Below, piece after piece: positions 1 through 13,744 of a stretch of DNA of 64,000 bases (position 1 is the first letter of the stretch; each line of letters starts with the position of its first letter). Made by a program: the position numbers and the translations under genes. This stretch comes from Marsupella aquatica (taxonomy: Eukaryota; Plantae; Marchantiophyta): assembly GCA_973895155.1 (NCBI GenBank), contig OZ316894.1:22812609-22876608 (forward strand), given 5' to 3'. Under the pieces are notes generated by a model that worked only from the letters and a program-made list of their open reading frames with translations, was not told the DNA's origin and did no database searches.

Positions 1-2009
1 TTTCTTTGTACTAAGTCACTGCCCCTGTCACCACAGCATTTTCTAGGTAAGATCGGACTTATATGAGTCTAGGAAAATGGCTGATCACGTGTATTAGTCA
101 TGCCTCCACACTGCAGTCCCCCTATCCCAATGGTGGGTGAAGACCTGTCCAACAAAGTGTGTCAAAACCTTGTGATGGCAGGGCCCTATGGAGCTCCTTT
201 GAAGCTGCTTTTTGTAAGCTTTCTCTTCCTCATAGCACAACATACAAGCAAGGTATCCATAACAAAAAGTATCAAGCTAGGTCTGACTTGCTAGAAAAAA
301 TAGGGTGGCACTTCGGGTCTCTAGCCGTACTGTGCCTGTAACCCACCAGTCTGTGCTATTGACAAATTATTGTATGAGATATACACAAATACCATTTATT
401 AATGATTATATTGTGTCACGGCTGGCCATGTCCTTGTGACCATGGACTCCATTGGACAACGATGGTGGCAGCCAACTACTATGCAAGGATGATCGGTGCA
501 GTCTAACTTATTGACCACGGTAAACTGAAGGGTTAAGACTCCTTGTGACCATGCGATGCAACTCCCGCTCAAAAATTCCCAGCAATATGATATGCTCTTT
601 CATATGCCCAATTATATTATATACGTAGAAATAAGCAATGGAGGTCACCCTTTGTACCGTATGTGGGCCCTGGCAAGCTTTTTAGTTTGTTTCTTACTGG
701 AGTTTTAGTGCTTTTGCCCTTGCTGGGATTCTCCTACTTTTTGGCTCTTAGAGTTTCTTAGGTGTTTCTTCTGTTTTCTCCCCTTTCTTGGGCGGCCTTT
801 CAGATCTTGTCTTGAGGTTTGTGTCTATCTGTTCTATGAAATTTTTATTTACACACTTTGAATGGGAATTTGAAACCCCCATTGACCACAAGGTTTGTCT
901 CTAAAACCTCCATGGACTACATTTTCTAAAATCTGAGCTTATTTTAATAACTTGATATTTATAAATTCCAATATTTTTTAGTGTTGGGGATACGCTGGAG
1001 GAGTAGCTACACTTCCATCAAAGTGACAGTAAAATTTTGGCTGCTTGGTTGGGTTTCTCATCGTAGATGCGAAAGGGTAAATTCTATGATATTATTTTCC
1101 CCGTGTTAACATGAATATTTGGGCTTGTGTGTTTATGTCTCCTCTTCTCTAGTTGCCTTGCAGGTGCAACACAATGAGTTAGTTTAGAACTCCTAACCAC
1201 CAAGTTATTGGCCCCAAATTCCAATGGACCACATTTTGGAATTTGAAGCCACAATGGACTACCATGTTGGACACAGTGTACTCTATTATTCTCTTATTAT
1301 TTTTGGACTTTTGCCCTCTATTATATTATTCCCTTATTATTCTGGGACTGTGCCTTCCCTTCCAAGCCCTCTATAGTTTAGGAGGAAGTAGAGCCTTGAT
1401 ACAAGCGCCTCAATTGGCCGTTGAAATAATTGTGATTGAAAGTCATAAAATGCAATTAAATTATAGAAATAAAAACCATACACCACCCCAACCTCACACA
1501 TAGCGAGCTAGGAACAAGTGATCAAGTTATGGACCCAACTCCCATGAACCACATTTTGGTGGTCTACACGAGTACACTATCCAACATAGAGGTCCATCCT
1601 GGCTTCACTTTGGGAACATGTGATTTCATTACTTCAGTTTGAAAGTCTACTTTCATTATCCTCTTATTATTGTTCTCATCAAACGTGTAAGCCACAGCGT
1701 CTCCAACACTTTAGTGAGGAATTTCACAGGCAATAGCGCAACAAGACTTCCCTGGACCAAAGCTACTTAGACGTTGCCACCTGTCCATGCCTCTGGATTC
1801 CCGTGAATCGTGCGGTCGTCGAGTCTCCACTGACGGATGAGGGGGACGATGGACCGGGGTGTCAGAGTCAGACGATGGCCACTTTTAAAGCATGTCGGAC
1901 TCTGGTGCAGCATGACAGTCATGCGTGGGCTTACTTCAGGCGTACACAAACATCCATTGGCTGTACGATGATTGATGAATTGGTCCATGGACGAACCGAC
2001 CAACGGGGC

Positions 2010-2330
2010 CAATAGGGGTCTCAATAGGGGTCTCAATAGGGGTCGGTCTCAATAGGGGTCTCAAAGCGTTAGTTATGGTCAAGGACAAAAACAGTTATAA
2101 CTTACCTACAGTAATTCACAGCGGGTCTCAACATTGTGGAGTAGCAGGTCTCAATAGGGGTCTCAATACTTCAATAGGGGTCTCAAAGCCTTAACTTAGG
2201 TTAAAGGACAAAGATCGTTATAATATTACCTAATTCCTACATTGAGACCCCTAGTGAGACCCCTATTGTGAATTAGGTAATATGTAACATTGTTGTGTGG
2301 AGTAGCAGGTCTCAATAGGTGTCTCAAAGC
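2010..2330. repeat. Cluster of 12-bp AATAGGGGTCTC repeats, with inverted copies near 2242-2267
   Basis: About 7 direct copies of (tc)aataggggtctc plus reverse-complement gagacccc(tattg) copies. Resembles subterminal repeats of a DNA transposon. Confidence 0.7.
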
Positions 2331-4333
2331 CTTAACGTAGTTTAAGCACAAAAAATAGTTATACCTAATTGGTAGTCCATAACTTTATGCCATAAAATGT
2401 GGTCATATGTCATGAGACTGGTGAAAAATATCAAATTTGTTTTTCACATAATTCCATGAAAAAGTCGTGGTCATGTGCTTATGACCAAAAGTCATTATCT
2501 GTAACTTTGAAGTTTAAAACGCCCTAATAATATTGTGGAGGGCACTTTTCCCACTGGCATGCAGAAATGTCCGTGAATGGGACAACTGTACTCAATCTTG
2601 GGCACACAATTTTGAGACTATATGCACTTGATGTTTGATGGACTTTGCTCTTGCCAAGATGGCACTAAGCAACAACACATGAACATGCCGCCTCCCACTT
2701 CCTACACAACAATGGTCATGACACTATAGGGAAATCCTGCGGGCAGCTGGTGCGGATCACCCTTGTGGGTGCCCATCCCATGTTTGCCTGGGGCTGTGAA
2801 TGAGGTGTCACTGGGCCGTTGCAAAAATTGAGACCCCCAGTAGTAAAGTTACTCATTGTTCTAATATGCTCTTTCTCCTCCCTCCTGCATTCATGTAATA
2901 GGTTAGGGGCTTTTCTTGATTTGAGGGACTCTAGAAAAAATCTTTGTTGTGAGCCTAGTAGTGCTCTTTACTTGCAAGCTTTACTACCCTTTTCATTTTA
3001 TTGGTCAATAGGGCTTTAATTATTTTGTTATAGGAGAGGACTCTTAGGTTGTTTGGTCTTCCTGGGTTTGTCCCTTGTTTTCTCCTCTTTGTTAGATCAT
3101 CTGCCTTTGGGATCTTGTCCCCCAATTGGGCACAATTTGTTCTTGGCACTGTGTTATATGCATAAACTAAGCTTTTCAGTTCACTAAGCTTCCCACTTGA
3201 ATGTTCAATAGGGCTTTAGTTCGTTTGCTTTTGTAGGGGTCGCTAAGGCTTTTTGGCTAGGGCGGTAGTTCTTAGGGGACTCTAAGGACTTTTGGCTAGG
3301 GCTTTAATTTTTCTGTCTTTGTAGGCACTCTCATGCTTTTTGGCCATCCTGGTTTGCTTTTGTTTTTGGGTCTCGAGAGGGATTCTTCGTTGTTCTTTCT
3401 ACCGTAGGCTTTGCGTTCGTGGATTCGTTTAGGTCCCTTTAATACTAATGCTCTTTTTGGTCATTCTTGCTGCTCGGCTTCCTTCCAAACTTCGAATTGA
3501 GTTCACTGCTTTTCAAGAACCAATTGAATGAATTTGCCAAGTCATGAACTCCAAAACACTCATGATTCTGAGGTATTCTTATTCATCAGTCTTTTCAAAT
3601 GGAGTTCTTCTTCCTTCTACTTCATGCTGTCGTTTTTTGGTCTCGAAAGGACCTTTTGAGCGTTCTCTTCAAAGTACATAGTAGCCTTTGCGTTCGTAGA
3701 GTGAAGTCATGGACACCAAAACACTCATTCGTCTGATGCGTTCTTCTTCATCCGTCGTTGTTTTTTTGGTCTAGAAAGGAATTCTCCATCGTACTTTTCA
3801 AAGTATACAGTGGCCTTTGCGTTCGTGGATTCTTCTTTTGAGTTTGTGTCTCTGAACCTCTTAGCTTTCTTTCGTTTCTTGCCTTGGAATCGAAAGGAGA
3901 CCCATGGAATAGACCCATCGAATAGAGGATAGACCACTTTTGCTTTCTCACTCCATTGTACTTTTTTTTCGCCCTTTTTTGTAAATCGGTACTTTTTCTC
4001 TCTCTAGTCCTGTTGCTCTTTTTCGTCCTTGCTACGCGTATTGGCTTACTTTCAACTCCGCGACGTGCTTTTGAATAACCAATTTAATGAATTTGCAAAC
4101 CTGTATGAAGATGAGAATCGTTCACCTGTTTGGTCCACTATGATCCAGCTCTTTGCTGCTTCCGAGACTCCTCTGGACCTCGATTAGATCGCCCAGCTCC
4201 AAAATATTCCAAAAGCTGCACCAAATCACCCTCTTAATGAGAGAAAGATCTAAAGAACATGAACACTCTGTCATAGCCCCCCAATGAAGTTATCGATTGC
4301 ACCGTCTAGTCACCGCCCAATCTCAATTCTTTC

Positions 4334-5356
4334 TTTTTTGCCTCGAAAAAAACTAAAAGAATTCAATTCAATCAGTCAGCATACAGAGGGGCGGAGTCCC
4401 AGAAAGGAGCGTCAACCCAGGTGGACCGAAGGTCAAAAGTGCCGGGACCCCGGTGAAGCCGGGACCAGGTAAGAAGCAGGCCAAAGAAAGGCCACCCAAA
4501 CAAGCTATTTGGAGTCTACACAGGAGCAGCACACTCCCAAAGACCGGCCAGTGATGAAGGACCGGCGGGGTCCCAAACAGTGGTTCCGTGATAAGAAAGA
4601 ATCTATCAGTCTAAAGTAGTACAGCCTCTAAACCTGCAGACCAGAGGACATCATGGTGGCCGTGGTGGGACTGGTTGGACTTGGAGAATCTCTTCGTGAA
4701 TTTGCCAGAGTCCATTCCAAGAACCATAATCCATTGCCAACTCATGCAGAGCTTCCCCGTGATTGATCTTCCCATTTTGAATCTTGGTTCTAAGCTGTTC
4801 CAGTCACGTCTGAGGTAGGTGCTAAGTCTATGCCATGCTTTCCTAATTACTCCGTGAGGATTGGGCCGAGTGTGCTCAATAAAATGTAAACATCGTTCCT
4901 TCCAGATGGACCAGCAGATGATGGCCCGAGAAACTTGCCATAGCTTCCCCGGAACGTCCCATTCGTCTGGTAGTTCATCCCCAACAAAGATATGAGCGGG
5001 TTGTAGATGTATCCGATACCCCTGAGTGAAGGTGCTTTGTTGAAGGATGGATTGTAACCACGTCCAGACTATCTGTGACATGCTGCAATCCCAGATGCAA
5101 TGAACGATGTCCTCATGCTTGTTCAATCCGCACCTAGTGCACCATGTAATCGGGTCGCCCGGTGGTAAACGTGGGAAACGCCAATGCTGTGTGGCCGGAA
5201 TTCGATAAATTAATTGCCACAAATAACAATTTTCTCGAGCGGCGCGGAAGTTGAGCCAGGTATGAGACCAGAGTTGGCGTGGATTGGGGGTCCAATTCAG
5301 TCGAAGCGCCCACTTATGTATTGCCTTATGTAGGAATCCCGGGGCCCGACCTTGAT
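4334..5356 (-). mobile_element. 5'-truncated L1-type LINE (ORF2 C-terminal zf-RVT zinc-binding region)
   Basis: ORF 4611-5222 has CTRC..EDIVHCIWDC..W and CWSIWKER motifs. Exact 16-bp TSD CAATCTCAATTCTTTC at 4318-4333 and 5357-5372. Short poly(A), read as T6 on + at 4334-4339. Confidence 0.9.
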
Positions 5357-8167
5357 CAATCTCAATTCTTTCAGTGAGGAAATTCAGGGCCCAATCAAAT
5401 CAAAAGAGCGGAGAACAGAAAGCGGAGAACAGAAAGCGAAGAAGAGAAGGAAGGAAGCGCGGGAACGGGAACGGGAGCGGACGTAGGACGAGGTCAACCC
5501 ACAGTCAAAAAGAAAAAGACAGTCAACAAGGCCAGAAGCTGCAAATTATGGGAGGGAATTGAATTGAAGACCGACATAAATTGAGGAATCAATCACGAGT
5601 CAATTGTTGGTAAATTCAGCGTCTTCTCAAACATCCATCAGACCACTTCAATTCTGGCTTAGACTGAAAACGAATTCTAGCCCAGAATCAGTAATTGACT
5701 CGTTATTGATTTGCTTTGTGTTGATTGAAAGACAAAATGTAGGCCGGAATCACGAAGATCTAACTGAGTACAACCAAGGCCGTGTCTCTTCCTCAATCTG
5801 TCCTTCTCCAAATTGTTCGGACTAATTAGAAGAAGCTTCTGAATGAACAATAATCGAAACAACAGATTACGCTTCAAACCTTCAGCAATCTGCCAGCTAC
5901 GTTGTAAACCGGCAGCAACTCGTTGCAAATAGTGGTGCATCCGCAGTGAGAGAGACGATCTCCGGCCGCCTCCGAATTGATGCAGAGATGAGCTGATTGA
6001 AGAGAGCAAAGCTGATACAGAACGAAGCGCCGACAAAGCACAGACTCAGCAAATTGTACAGGACAGGCTACTGTATAATATACAGTAATTATTGGCGTTC
6101 CTTTTACAGTCATGATGATTTGCAGCGGGGAAAAATGGATTTGAGTCTCCCATGGACCACAGAGTTAGTCTTTGAAACCCCCATGGATCACATTTCCCAG
6201 AACCGCACTTCCTAGAATTTGCGTTTAATTTTAATAACTTATATTCATACATTTAAACATTTTATAGTTTTGGGGATGTGCTAGAAGAAAAGGTAAATTA
6301 CACTTCCATCAAAGTGACCATGAATGTTTGCGTGGATGAGTAGTTGATGTATTGGGGGAAGGATAATTTCCACTGGAGTAATTTTCTTTGTGTTAATATG
6401 AAATAATTGGGTTCGTCTTTTCTAGTCTCCTCATTCCCTAGTTGCTAGGAATAATCTTTAATGTAGCTAATGCCACGTTCGATGCAAGAGATTATGCTAA
6501 GAATTAAGATTTTCTTGCATTGCTTTCTGACTTGGAGATTTCACTAGTTTTGGATGGATATTAAATCTTGGCTAGTAAAGTCTATGGCTAGGTGGAAAAC
6601 TGGTGAATGGGAACAGAAACAGGAAAACCTGGTGAATATTATATATTGCACTAGCCCAACTACCAGTTCTTTGAACATGAATAGAGATGAGGGTAAAAAA
6701 GTGTAGACCCTCAATGACACCAGCTGACCAAAGCTTCTTCAAATTCTAGAAGAAGAGCTGGCGGTTTCACCATAGCCCTCAACCATCTATCACACAACAG
6801 AACTCTTCACATGCGGCCCCTACTCCATGGACTCCCTTCACAGCCGGCCCTTACTCCACCCCATTCCTATTTTTCACCCCCACCTCTAATTGGATTATTG
6901 TCCCCTAAGTCATTGAACATAAATAGAGAGCAAGACAATAAAGAATAGTGCAATAAAAATGATTATATAATACTATTTCTGGTTCACTTTTGTCAATCTC
7001 TGTTTTTTGTTTTGTCCTTATTGAGACTTATGGTCTATAGTCTTCACTCTACAGAGTAATCCTCAAAAGTAGCTTTGCATTGCACTTGATTAGTAAGATG
7101 TGGCTAGGTGTAAAACTGGTGAACATTTGGAAAACAGGAAGAGAAAACCTGGACGGTGAATATTATATATCAGAGTGCAAAGTAAAACCAGAAAGCGGGA
7201 GAGAGGGTTCTTACCAACAGTGACTAAACCTTTCTATGGAGGTCAAAACTACCAACTAGCAAGTTTTTGCCATTAAAAAAGGTTATTCTAGCATACATCT
7301 TGACATAATGATTTTTTTCTGAATCTCTTTTGTGGGGGAGTGGAATTGGCGACTATCTCAAGGATCAAGGAAGGAAAATAAGTAGGACCAACTTCAAGAA
7401 ATTCATACATTTATGTATAGCCAATTTTCTCTAATCTTACAGACATCCATTTGATTGTCAAGGATGGGGCCTATAGAATTTAGAGTAAATTTGACTTACT
7501 TTTCTCTCCAAAATTTCTTTTGTAGTGTTGGCCCGTCCATGAAGTTGGGATGAACCCCAATGTGTAACTATGCAATTCAGATGGACCTACAATTGTTTTA
7601 CTGGCAATAGCTTATTTTGCAAGGTAATTCCGTTTCCACCAGAGTGTGACATAGAGGATTCTAATAAGATTCTTTATCTGATTTTAGTACTTATTTCTAA
7701 GGGTTAGATCTTCTTAAACCTTCAGATTCTGGAGAATAGGTTATTGCTAGGTGAGAAACTGGCTAATGAAGACAAAAGACACCTAACAATTCTAGCTAAA
7801 AGTGTGGAATATTTTTGTGGGTGTAAGGGTGGTTTACAAGAACTTGGGGGCAGCCCTTCCTTTTTTTTAATGTGTGAGATGCAATCCACACTTCACTTCT
7901 AAATTTGGGGGCATGATCAAGCAAAACCATTACCCAACTTAGTCATCGATCCCCATTTTTTCTGGGCTCATGTGTACATATTTTTTTGTCAAACACTTAT
8001 TACACCTCCTCTTGAGTTTATCTAAAAGATGGAGGAAGGGCAACTTCTTTTCATGGATTTCATTTATTACCATTAAACAAAACCTGACACATTCTGGCCC
8101 AAACATTTTAACTTTAGTGTATGGAAGTCCCCCCACTCTAATGTAAAAACCCCCCTAATACGACAAA

Positions 8168-9145
8168 CTAGTTCAATACCTGTGCGTTGCACGATAGATG
8201 TCCTTAAGGAAAAATATGTCGTGTTGCCCAAGATTCGTTAGGAAAAAAATTCATTTTGCCAAAGACGTTGTTATGTAAAAGATGTTGTTATGTGAAAGTT
8301 GTTGTTATAAGAAAGATGTAGTCAAGTAAAAAGATGTCATTAACAAAAAAAAGTTTATTTTGCCAAAGAAATCGTTATATGGAAAATGTAATCAAGTAAA
8401 ACTATTTCATCATTCAAGTAAAAAGATGTAGTTAAGAAAAAAAAGTTATTTCAATAAGGTATCCATTCAGATTCTTTCCTTTCAAACCTTAACTTCCCCC
8501 TCTTTTCACTATTTTTGGTCTCCTCTTTTTCTCATTTACCCTCCTTCCCCTTGCTCCTCCCCCCACCCACCCATCCAAGGCTAGAGCCCTTCGAGGCACT
8601 GCCCTACATAGCAAGTGTGCCCTCGCCCAACTGCTTGCCATCAATATATGCCCATGCCATGATCTTTACTATGTATTTGGGCCTTATTGCTTTAGTTTTT
8701 TTTGGCACTGAAAATGACACAAAATATGAATGTATAAAATCACCCCAATAGTATCTCTAATTTGACTCTTAACAATTTACAGTGAGCTATGTAGTATCAC
8801 TCTAGTGAGTATGTATGTACACCCTATTGAGTATACACAGTATTTCCTTACATGGACCATGGAAGGAGTATCTTTCTCGATCCTCGTGTATAGTGTTATC
8901 GTGTTTATTGTTTGTTTATCGCATAAAAGTTACACCAAAGTTTATATACCAGGTAAATAACAAAGTTTGTTTATCCCATTTGATTTCCTCTTGTTTGGAT
9001 AATCGTGTGACTTTTTTTCATTCACACTCCAGTAAATTCACTTTTTGGCTTTATTCTTTACCAGATTTCTCAGGTTTTGTGTCCTGCAAATTTGAATGAA
9101 AATCAGAGTACATATTGGCACACCATGTTACTATAAATTTAATTT
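8168..9145 (-). mobile_element. Older non-autonomous Helitron remnant upstream of AKR copy 1
   Basis: Minus-strand 3' end cgtgcaacgcacaggtattgaaCTAG(t) with hairpin. Carries the same AAAGATGT-type minisatellite as the 13745 element, and 8970-9140 resembles that element's 5' region (15650-15825). Its left part is missing in copy 2. Right boundary approximate. Confidence 0.65.
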
Positions 9146-9941
9146 AACACCAGCCATGACATGACTGTGGCTGCTGCTCACGTGAGCCCTACCAACTTTA
9201 TCTGTGGCTTTTGGTGCTAAAACAGAGGGAAGCTTCGTGGACAGCCTTGGAGAAGCGTCCCTCTCTTTATTCATGCTTACAATCTACGACAATTGCAATC
9301 AGGCACAATCTGGTGAAAAGCCCAACTAAGGGAGGCCGACCCATCCATTGCCGAGCCTGGAAAATTGCTTTGTAGATGCCAAAAGCCCTTCGCTAGTGAT
9401 CTAAAGATTTTCTGTCGTGGTAGATGAGGGTGATGAAATGCATGATGTCCGCGTCAGCTCATTGGGGTTTTAGAGCTGAGATCGATGGCTCTCGGCATAG
9501 ACAAGTGTTGACAGATTTTAAAAAGATTTCTCGCCGGATTCTAGTGAGGGTTCGTTCATCCGGTCCTGCTTTTGATCAGTGGCTCACGCCAGTGACAAGG
9601 TGCGGACGCGTATCTTGAGGATGTTTTTAAATTGATTGCATGGCTTCTCTCACACAGCTATATAAATTCTTGCACATGAACTCTAATCTGCATCCCACTC
9701 CCTCTGTCCTGAGGCTGATCCAGTGCGTCTTAAACATCCCCTCCGATACAGTGCATTTTATTCAACGTCGTTTAGTGGTCGTCTGCTCAAAATCTCATCA
9801 TCATTCTGTTCACACTCCATTTGCCAAGTCTCTGTTGTCGTCCCACCTCAGTTACTGCCTAGTTTGAGCTAGAGACTGTAGCTCGGCTCAGTCGAGTACA
9901 TCAGCTACAGTACAGTACTGATATAGAGTGGAGGCAGCATC

Positions 9942-12900
9942 ATGGCCGAAACAATTGGCAGAAAGAAGTTAGGCACGCAAGGGCTTGAGGTGCGTGTCTG
10001 ATTCCTCTGTCCTGCCATTATGCGAAAGCATTCAAGACTGCCGTTCAAGAAAATCATCTACAGTTGCTGTTTACATAGAACAGGACCACTTCCGTTAGTG
10101 CTGGAATGAGTTAGAAAGAGCGAGGCCCACGGATACTTTTAGCTCAGCCAGTATTTGCAATGTAGGGATTGAATGCATGGAAGCTAGCTGCCTGCCAGTG
10201 AGTCAATCGTGTCGGTTTCCAGTGTCGTGAGATTTCCACAATCGGCAAATTTGGCAGCGGTGAAATGGAGATTTTCCGATACATTGAGCATTGATTTTCA
10301 CCTGGTGTCTCATTCGAATTAATCTTGGAATGCGGATTTAGGAGTGGCATGGCAACAGTAGTAATGTGTGGGAAGTGGGTTTTAGGCTGGCAATCAAGAT
10401 GAAGCTATTGAAGGGGAAGCTCAGGATAGTTATTAGAGTTCTAATTTCCTTTTCTCTGGTCTCATGTTTCTGCTTTTGTGCAGGTGTCAGCGCTCGGACT
10501 CGGATGCATGAATTTCGCAGGCTTATATCATAACAACGATATCATTCCAGACGAGAACACCATAAACTTAATTCATACGGCATACAGTAAGGGAGTTACT
10601 TTCTTCGACACTTCTGATGCATACGGCCCACACACCAGTGAGATCCTCATTGGAAAGGTATGTTCGCAACTCTGACAGTCTGTGTCCATTCGTGCACCTC
10701 AAATGGGGTTCAGATCTCAATGTTGGAATTTACAGCAAGGAGTCGGCGGTGCCCACTAACTCAAAGCTGCTGCTTGAAATTGTCATTAGGCTATCAAAAG
10801 CCTTCCTCGGGAGAAGTTACAGATAGCTTCGAAGTATGGAATTGTTTATTTCGAGAAACCTGACGGCACAAAAGCCGCGAAAGTCCGTGGAGATCCCGAG
10901 TATGTTCGGCAGGCATGCCTGGCCAGCCTCAAACGATTGGATGTGGACTACATTGACTTGTATTACCAGCACCGAATAGATGGTACCATCCCAATCGAAG
11001 TGACGGTGAGTGCCATCGTCAAGGCTGACTCTGAGCGTCGTCAGAGCAGCTAACTGAGCACTTGATGTACAGAGCATCGTGAAGTATTACTTAAAATTGA
11101 TGGTGGTCTGCATAATACGGATATTGAGTTATTCAAATAGAAGGAGCCGATGTTGTGTGGAACTCTGGATATTAACGACGAACACATGTATGTACAGATG
11201 GGAGAACTGAAGAAACTGGTGGAGGAAGGGAAGATAAAGTACATTGGTTTGTCGGAGGCAGCTCCAGATACTATTAGAAGAGCACACGCAGTTCACCCGA
11301 TCACAGCAATCCAGATAGAGTGGTCTTTGTGGACACGCGATGTTGAAGAAGAATTAGTTCCTCTCTGCAGGTTGGTAAAATTGGGTTTGCTCTGTTTTTG
11401 AGTTGGAATGCACGCCTTCGTGAAGAAATTTACAACATCGTACCTAGTTTTGTAGTTTTGGCGATAAACATACACTGTCTATCTCGCCCTTCAAGTAATA
11501 CCTGGGTAGATGCAACGGCTCGAGCGTCAATACCTGAATTTCCGCTCCTTTCCGGCGTTTCCCTCTGTACCAAGCAACATGCGTAGGTACAGAAGTAGCA
11601 GCCAATAAATGACTACGCGTGGATGATATCCTTGCTGATATTCTGATTTTGTTCATATGCAGGGAACTAGGGATTGGAATAGTCCCTTACAGCCCACTTG
11701 GACGGGGATTCTTTTCAGGAAAAGCTTCTCAGGAGACACTCGATGCGAAGGACGTTCGAGCCGTACGTATCTAGTCCAACAACTCACCGAAAGCAATTAG
11801 CGAACTGGCATTCACCAGAGTGTGTCATGGCTAATTTCGTGAGGCTAAATAATTTCAGTTCCGCAGTCTAAAGTGACACCGTTCATGTTTTGGTTCTTTT
11901 CTCGCCAACGGGATGGCTTTTCCTTAGTTGCTCGATCAAAATTGCTGTCTGATTTGGTCATCGTCTACTTGTTCTTAACGGAATGTGGACAATCCTACAT
12001 CGGAAACTGTTGGAACTTTCAACAGCATGGACGGGCTAGGAATTGAACCTAGGACCTTCCGTGTACATCGTAGTGCTCTACCACTGAGCTACAGGCTCTT
12101 CGTTCGAGTGTGGTTCTTTTCCAACACCCACCCTTGAGCCGCACTCGCTACAAGGGAAACTCCTTTTCTTTGGCTCTGATACCATGTTGGAACTTTCAAC
12201 AGCATGGATCGGCTAGGAATTGAACCTAGGACCTTCCCTGTACATCGTAGTGCTCTACCACTGAGCTACAGGCTCTTCGTTCGAGTGTGGTTCATTTCCA
12301 ACAGAAACTGCGTTAGTATTTGTCATTGCCAAGATTGACAAACGATTGCTCCTGAATCTTTGCCTCTCGTATGCTGGATTGCAGAAGTTCTACCCCAGAT
12401 TTACTCAAGAAAATGTGGAGAAAAACAAGGTGCTTTTCGAGCGTGTGTCGTCCCTTGCTAAGACGTATGGATGCACTCCCGGCCAGCTTGCGTTGGCGTG
12501 GGTGTGTAGCCAAGGGGATGAGAGCGTTAGTGTCGTACCCATTCCTGGTAAGTACTTTCCAAATTCAGATAGGAACGAACTGAGAAATCCTCTTGAAAGC
12601 TCCCTCCATTTCAACATATTAAGACTGGTCAAGACAAAACACCTTCATTTTGGTATTCATAAACCTGGTGTTAAGCTCCTCTCCGTAGCTTTTGACTACT
12701 TAGATAAGAAAATAACGAACCGAGAAATCCTCTTAACGGCTCCTCCGATCCATTTCAACATTCTAGAGACTCGTCAAGACATCACACCGCCATTTCTGTC
12801 AGCCTGAACATGAATTTCTGATGAAGAGTTTATCGCGCTTTGTTCTGCTCAGGTACAACAAAGGTTGCGAACTTAAATGAGAACTTAGGGGCTTTGAAAG

Positions 12901-13052
12901 TAAAGTTGACGCCCAAGGAGCTAGAAGAGGTGGCAGCTGCTGTGCCAAGCGCGGATGTGGCAGGCGGTAGATTTTCCGAATCCCATATACTGAACTTCAC
13001 CTGGAAGGATGCCGTCACACCGCCTTTGGAATTGACTTCGAAAACCGCATAG
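9942..13052 (+). CDS. Aldo-keto reductase (plant auxin-induced/perakine-reductase-like AKR13 type), copy 1; 7 exons
   Basis: Exons 9942-9989, 10484-10657, 10790-11005, 11198-11370, 11663-11762, 12385-12547, 12853-13052, all GT-AG. Motifs: [25 protein letters not shown] (Asp/Tyr), IASKYG (Lys), DLYYQHR (His), [28 protein letters not shown]. Frame is open across all junctions. Confidence 0.95.
12008..12303 (-). mobile_element. TRIM (terminal-repeat retrotransposon in miniature), 296 bp, in AKR copy 1 intron 5
   Basis: Two 119-bp TG...CA LTRs (12008-12126, 12185-12303; about 4 mismatches). The 58-bp internal region has a tRNA-iMet PBS TGGTATCAGAGCC and a PPT AAGGGTGGG on the minus strand. 5-bp TSD GAAAC at 12003-12007 and 12304-12308. 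Copy 2 has the empty site (~23447-23451). Confidence 0.95.
12028..12098 (-). promoter_or_regulatory. tRNA-derived Pol III type-2 promoter cassette inside the TRIM LTR (second copy at 12205-12275)
   Basis: GAGCCTG-TA-GCTC-AGTGGTA-GAGC-A-CTACG-ATGTACA-CGGAA-GGTC-CTAGG-TTCAATT-CCTAG-CCCGTCC-A. A box TAGCTCAGTGG, B box GGTTCAATTCC, intact D and T stems. Acceptor and anticodon stems are largely unpaired. Confidence 0.85.
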
Positions 13053-13134
13053 AAGTTCTCAGGCCAGACCGTGGGGCAAATAAAAATATGCCATTGTTCT
13101 GCAGGACCCTCTGCCAATTTCTGCTGTCTGCAGG

Positions 13135-13588
13135 GTCGTCATTTTGCAGAATAGGCGAAGTAGCTGGCGGTAAAATTCTCCTAAGGACCTTCTCGATCAG
13201 GATCCTCTTGTTGGGCTAGAAATGTAGTCCCTAACGACTCCAGAGAGTGATTGTGGCACCCTTTCAGCCAGCTCTCGGAACAGAACGTCAACATTGCTTT
13301 GGCAATCATCTCATCATCGATCATGATACTGTCAAACATGACGTACTTGAGAGCGTCATTTTGCAGAATAGATGGAAGTAGCTGGCTGTCTACACACCGG
13401 GTAAATTTCTCCTAAGGATCGTCTCGATCAGGATCCTCTTCTTGGGCTAGAAATGTAGTCCCTACCGACTCCAGAGAGTGATTGTGGCACCCCTTGCAGC
13501 CAGCTCTGGGAACAGAACGCCAACTTTCCTTTCGCAATGATCTCATCATCGATCATGATACTGTCAAACATGACGTACTTGAGAACGC
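13135..13588. repeat. ~230-bp tandem duplication just downstream of the AKR stop (also 24272-24725 in copy 2)
   Basis: gatcaggatcctctt...tagtccctaacgactccagagagtgattgtggcacc...tcaaacatgacgtacttgaga occurs twice in each copy. Confidence 0.85.
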
Positions 13589-13744
13589 TTTATTTGTAGA
13601 AGTGTATGAGGAAATGACACAAACTGTTGGATTTGAGCCTTTTGCCTGTACCCACTTGAGCTCCATCCTTTGGTGGAACTCAAGTTATTCTTGAATAAGA
13701 GATTTTGATACACTACTGTCACTTGCACTTTACTTTATGGTGAA

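Noticed and set aside
12028-12275. Two functional tRNA-Tyr(GTA) genes
   Set aside because: Acceptor and anticodon stems do not pair, and both copies lie inside the LTRs of a TSD-flanked element.
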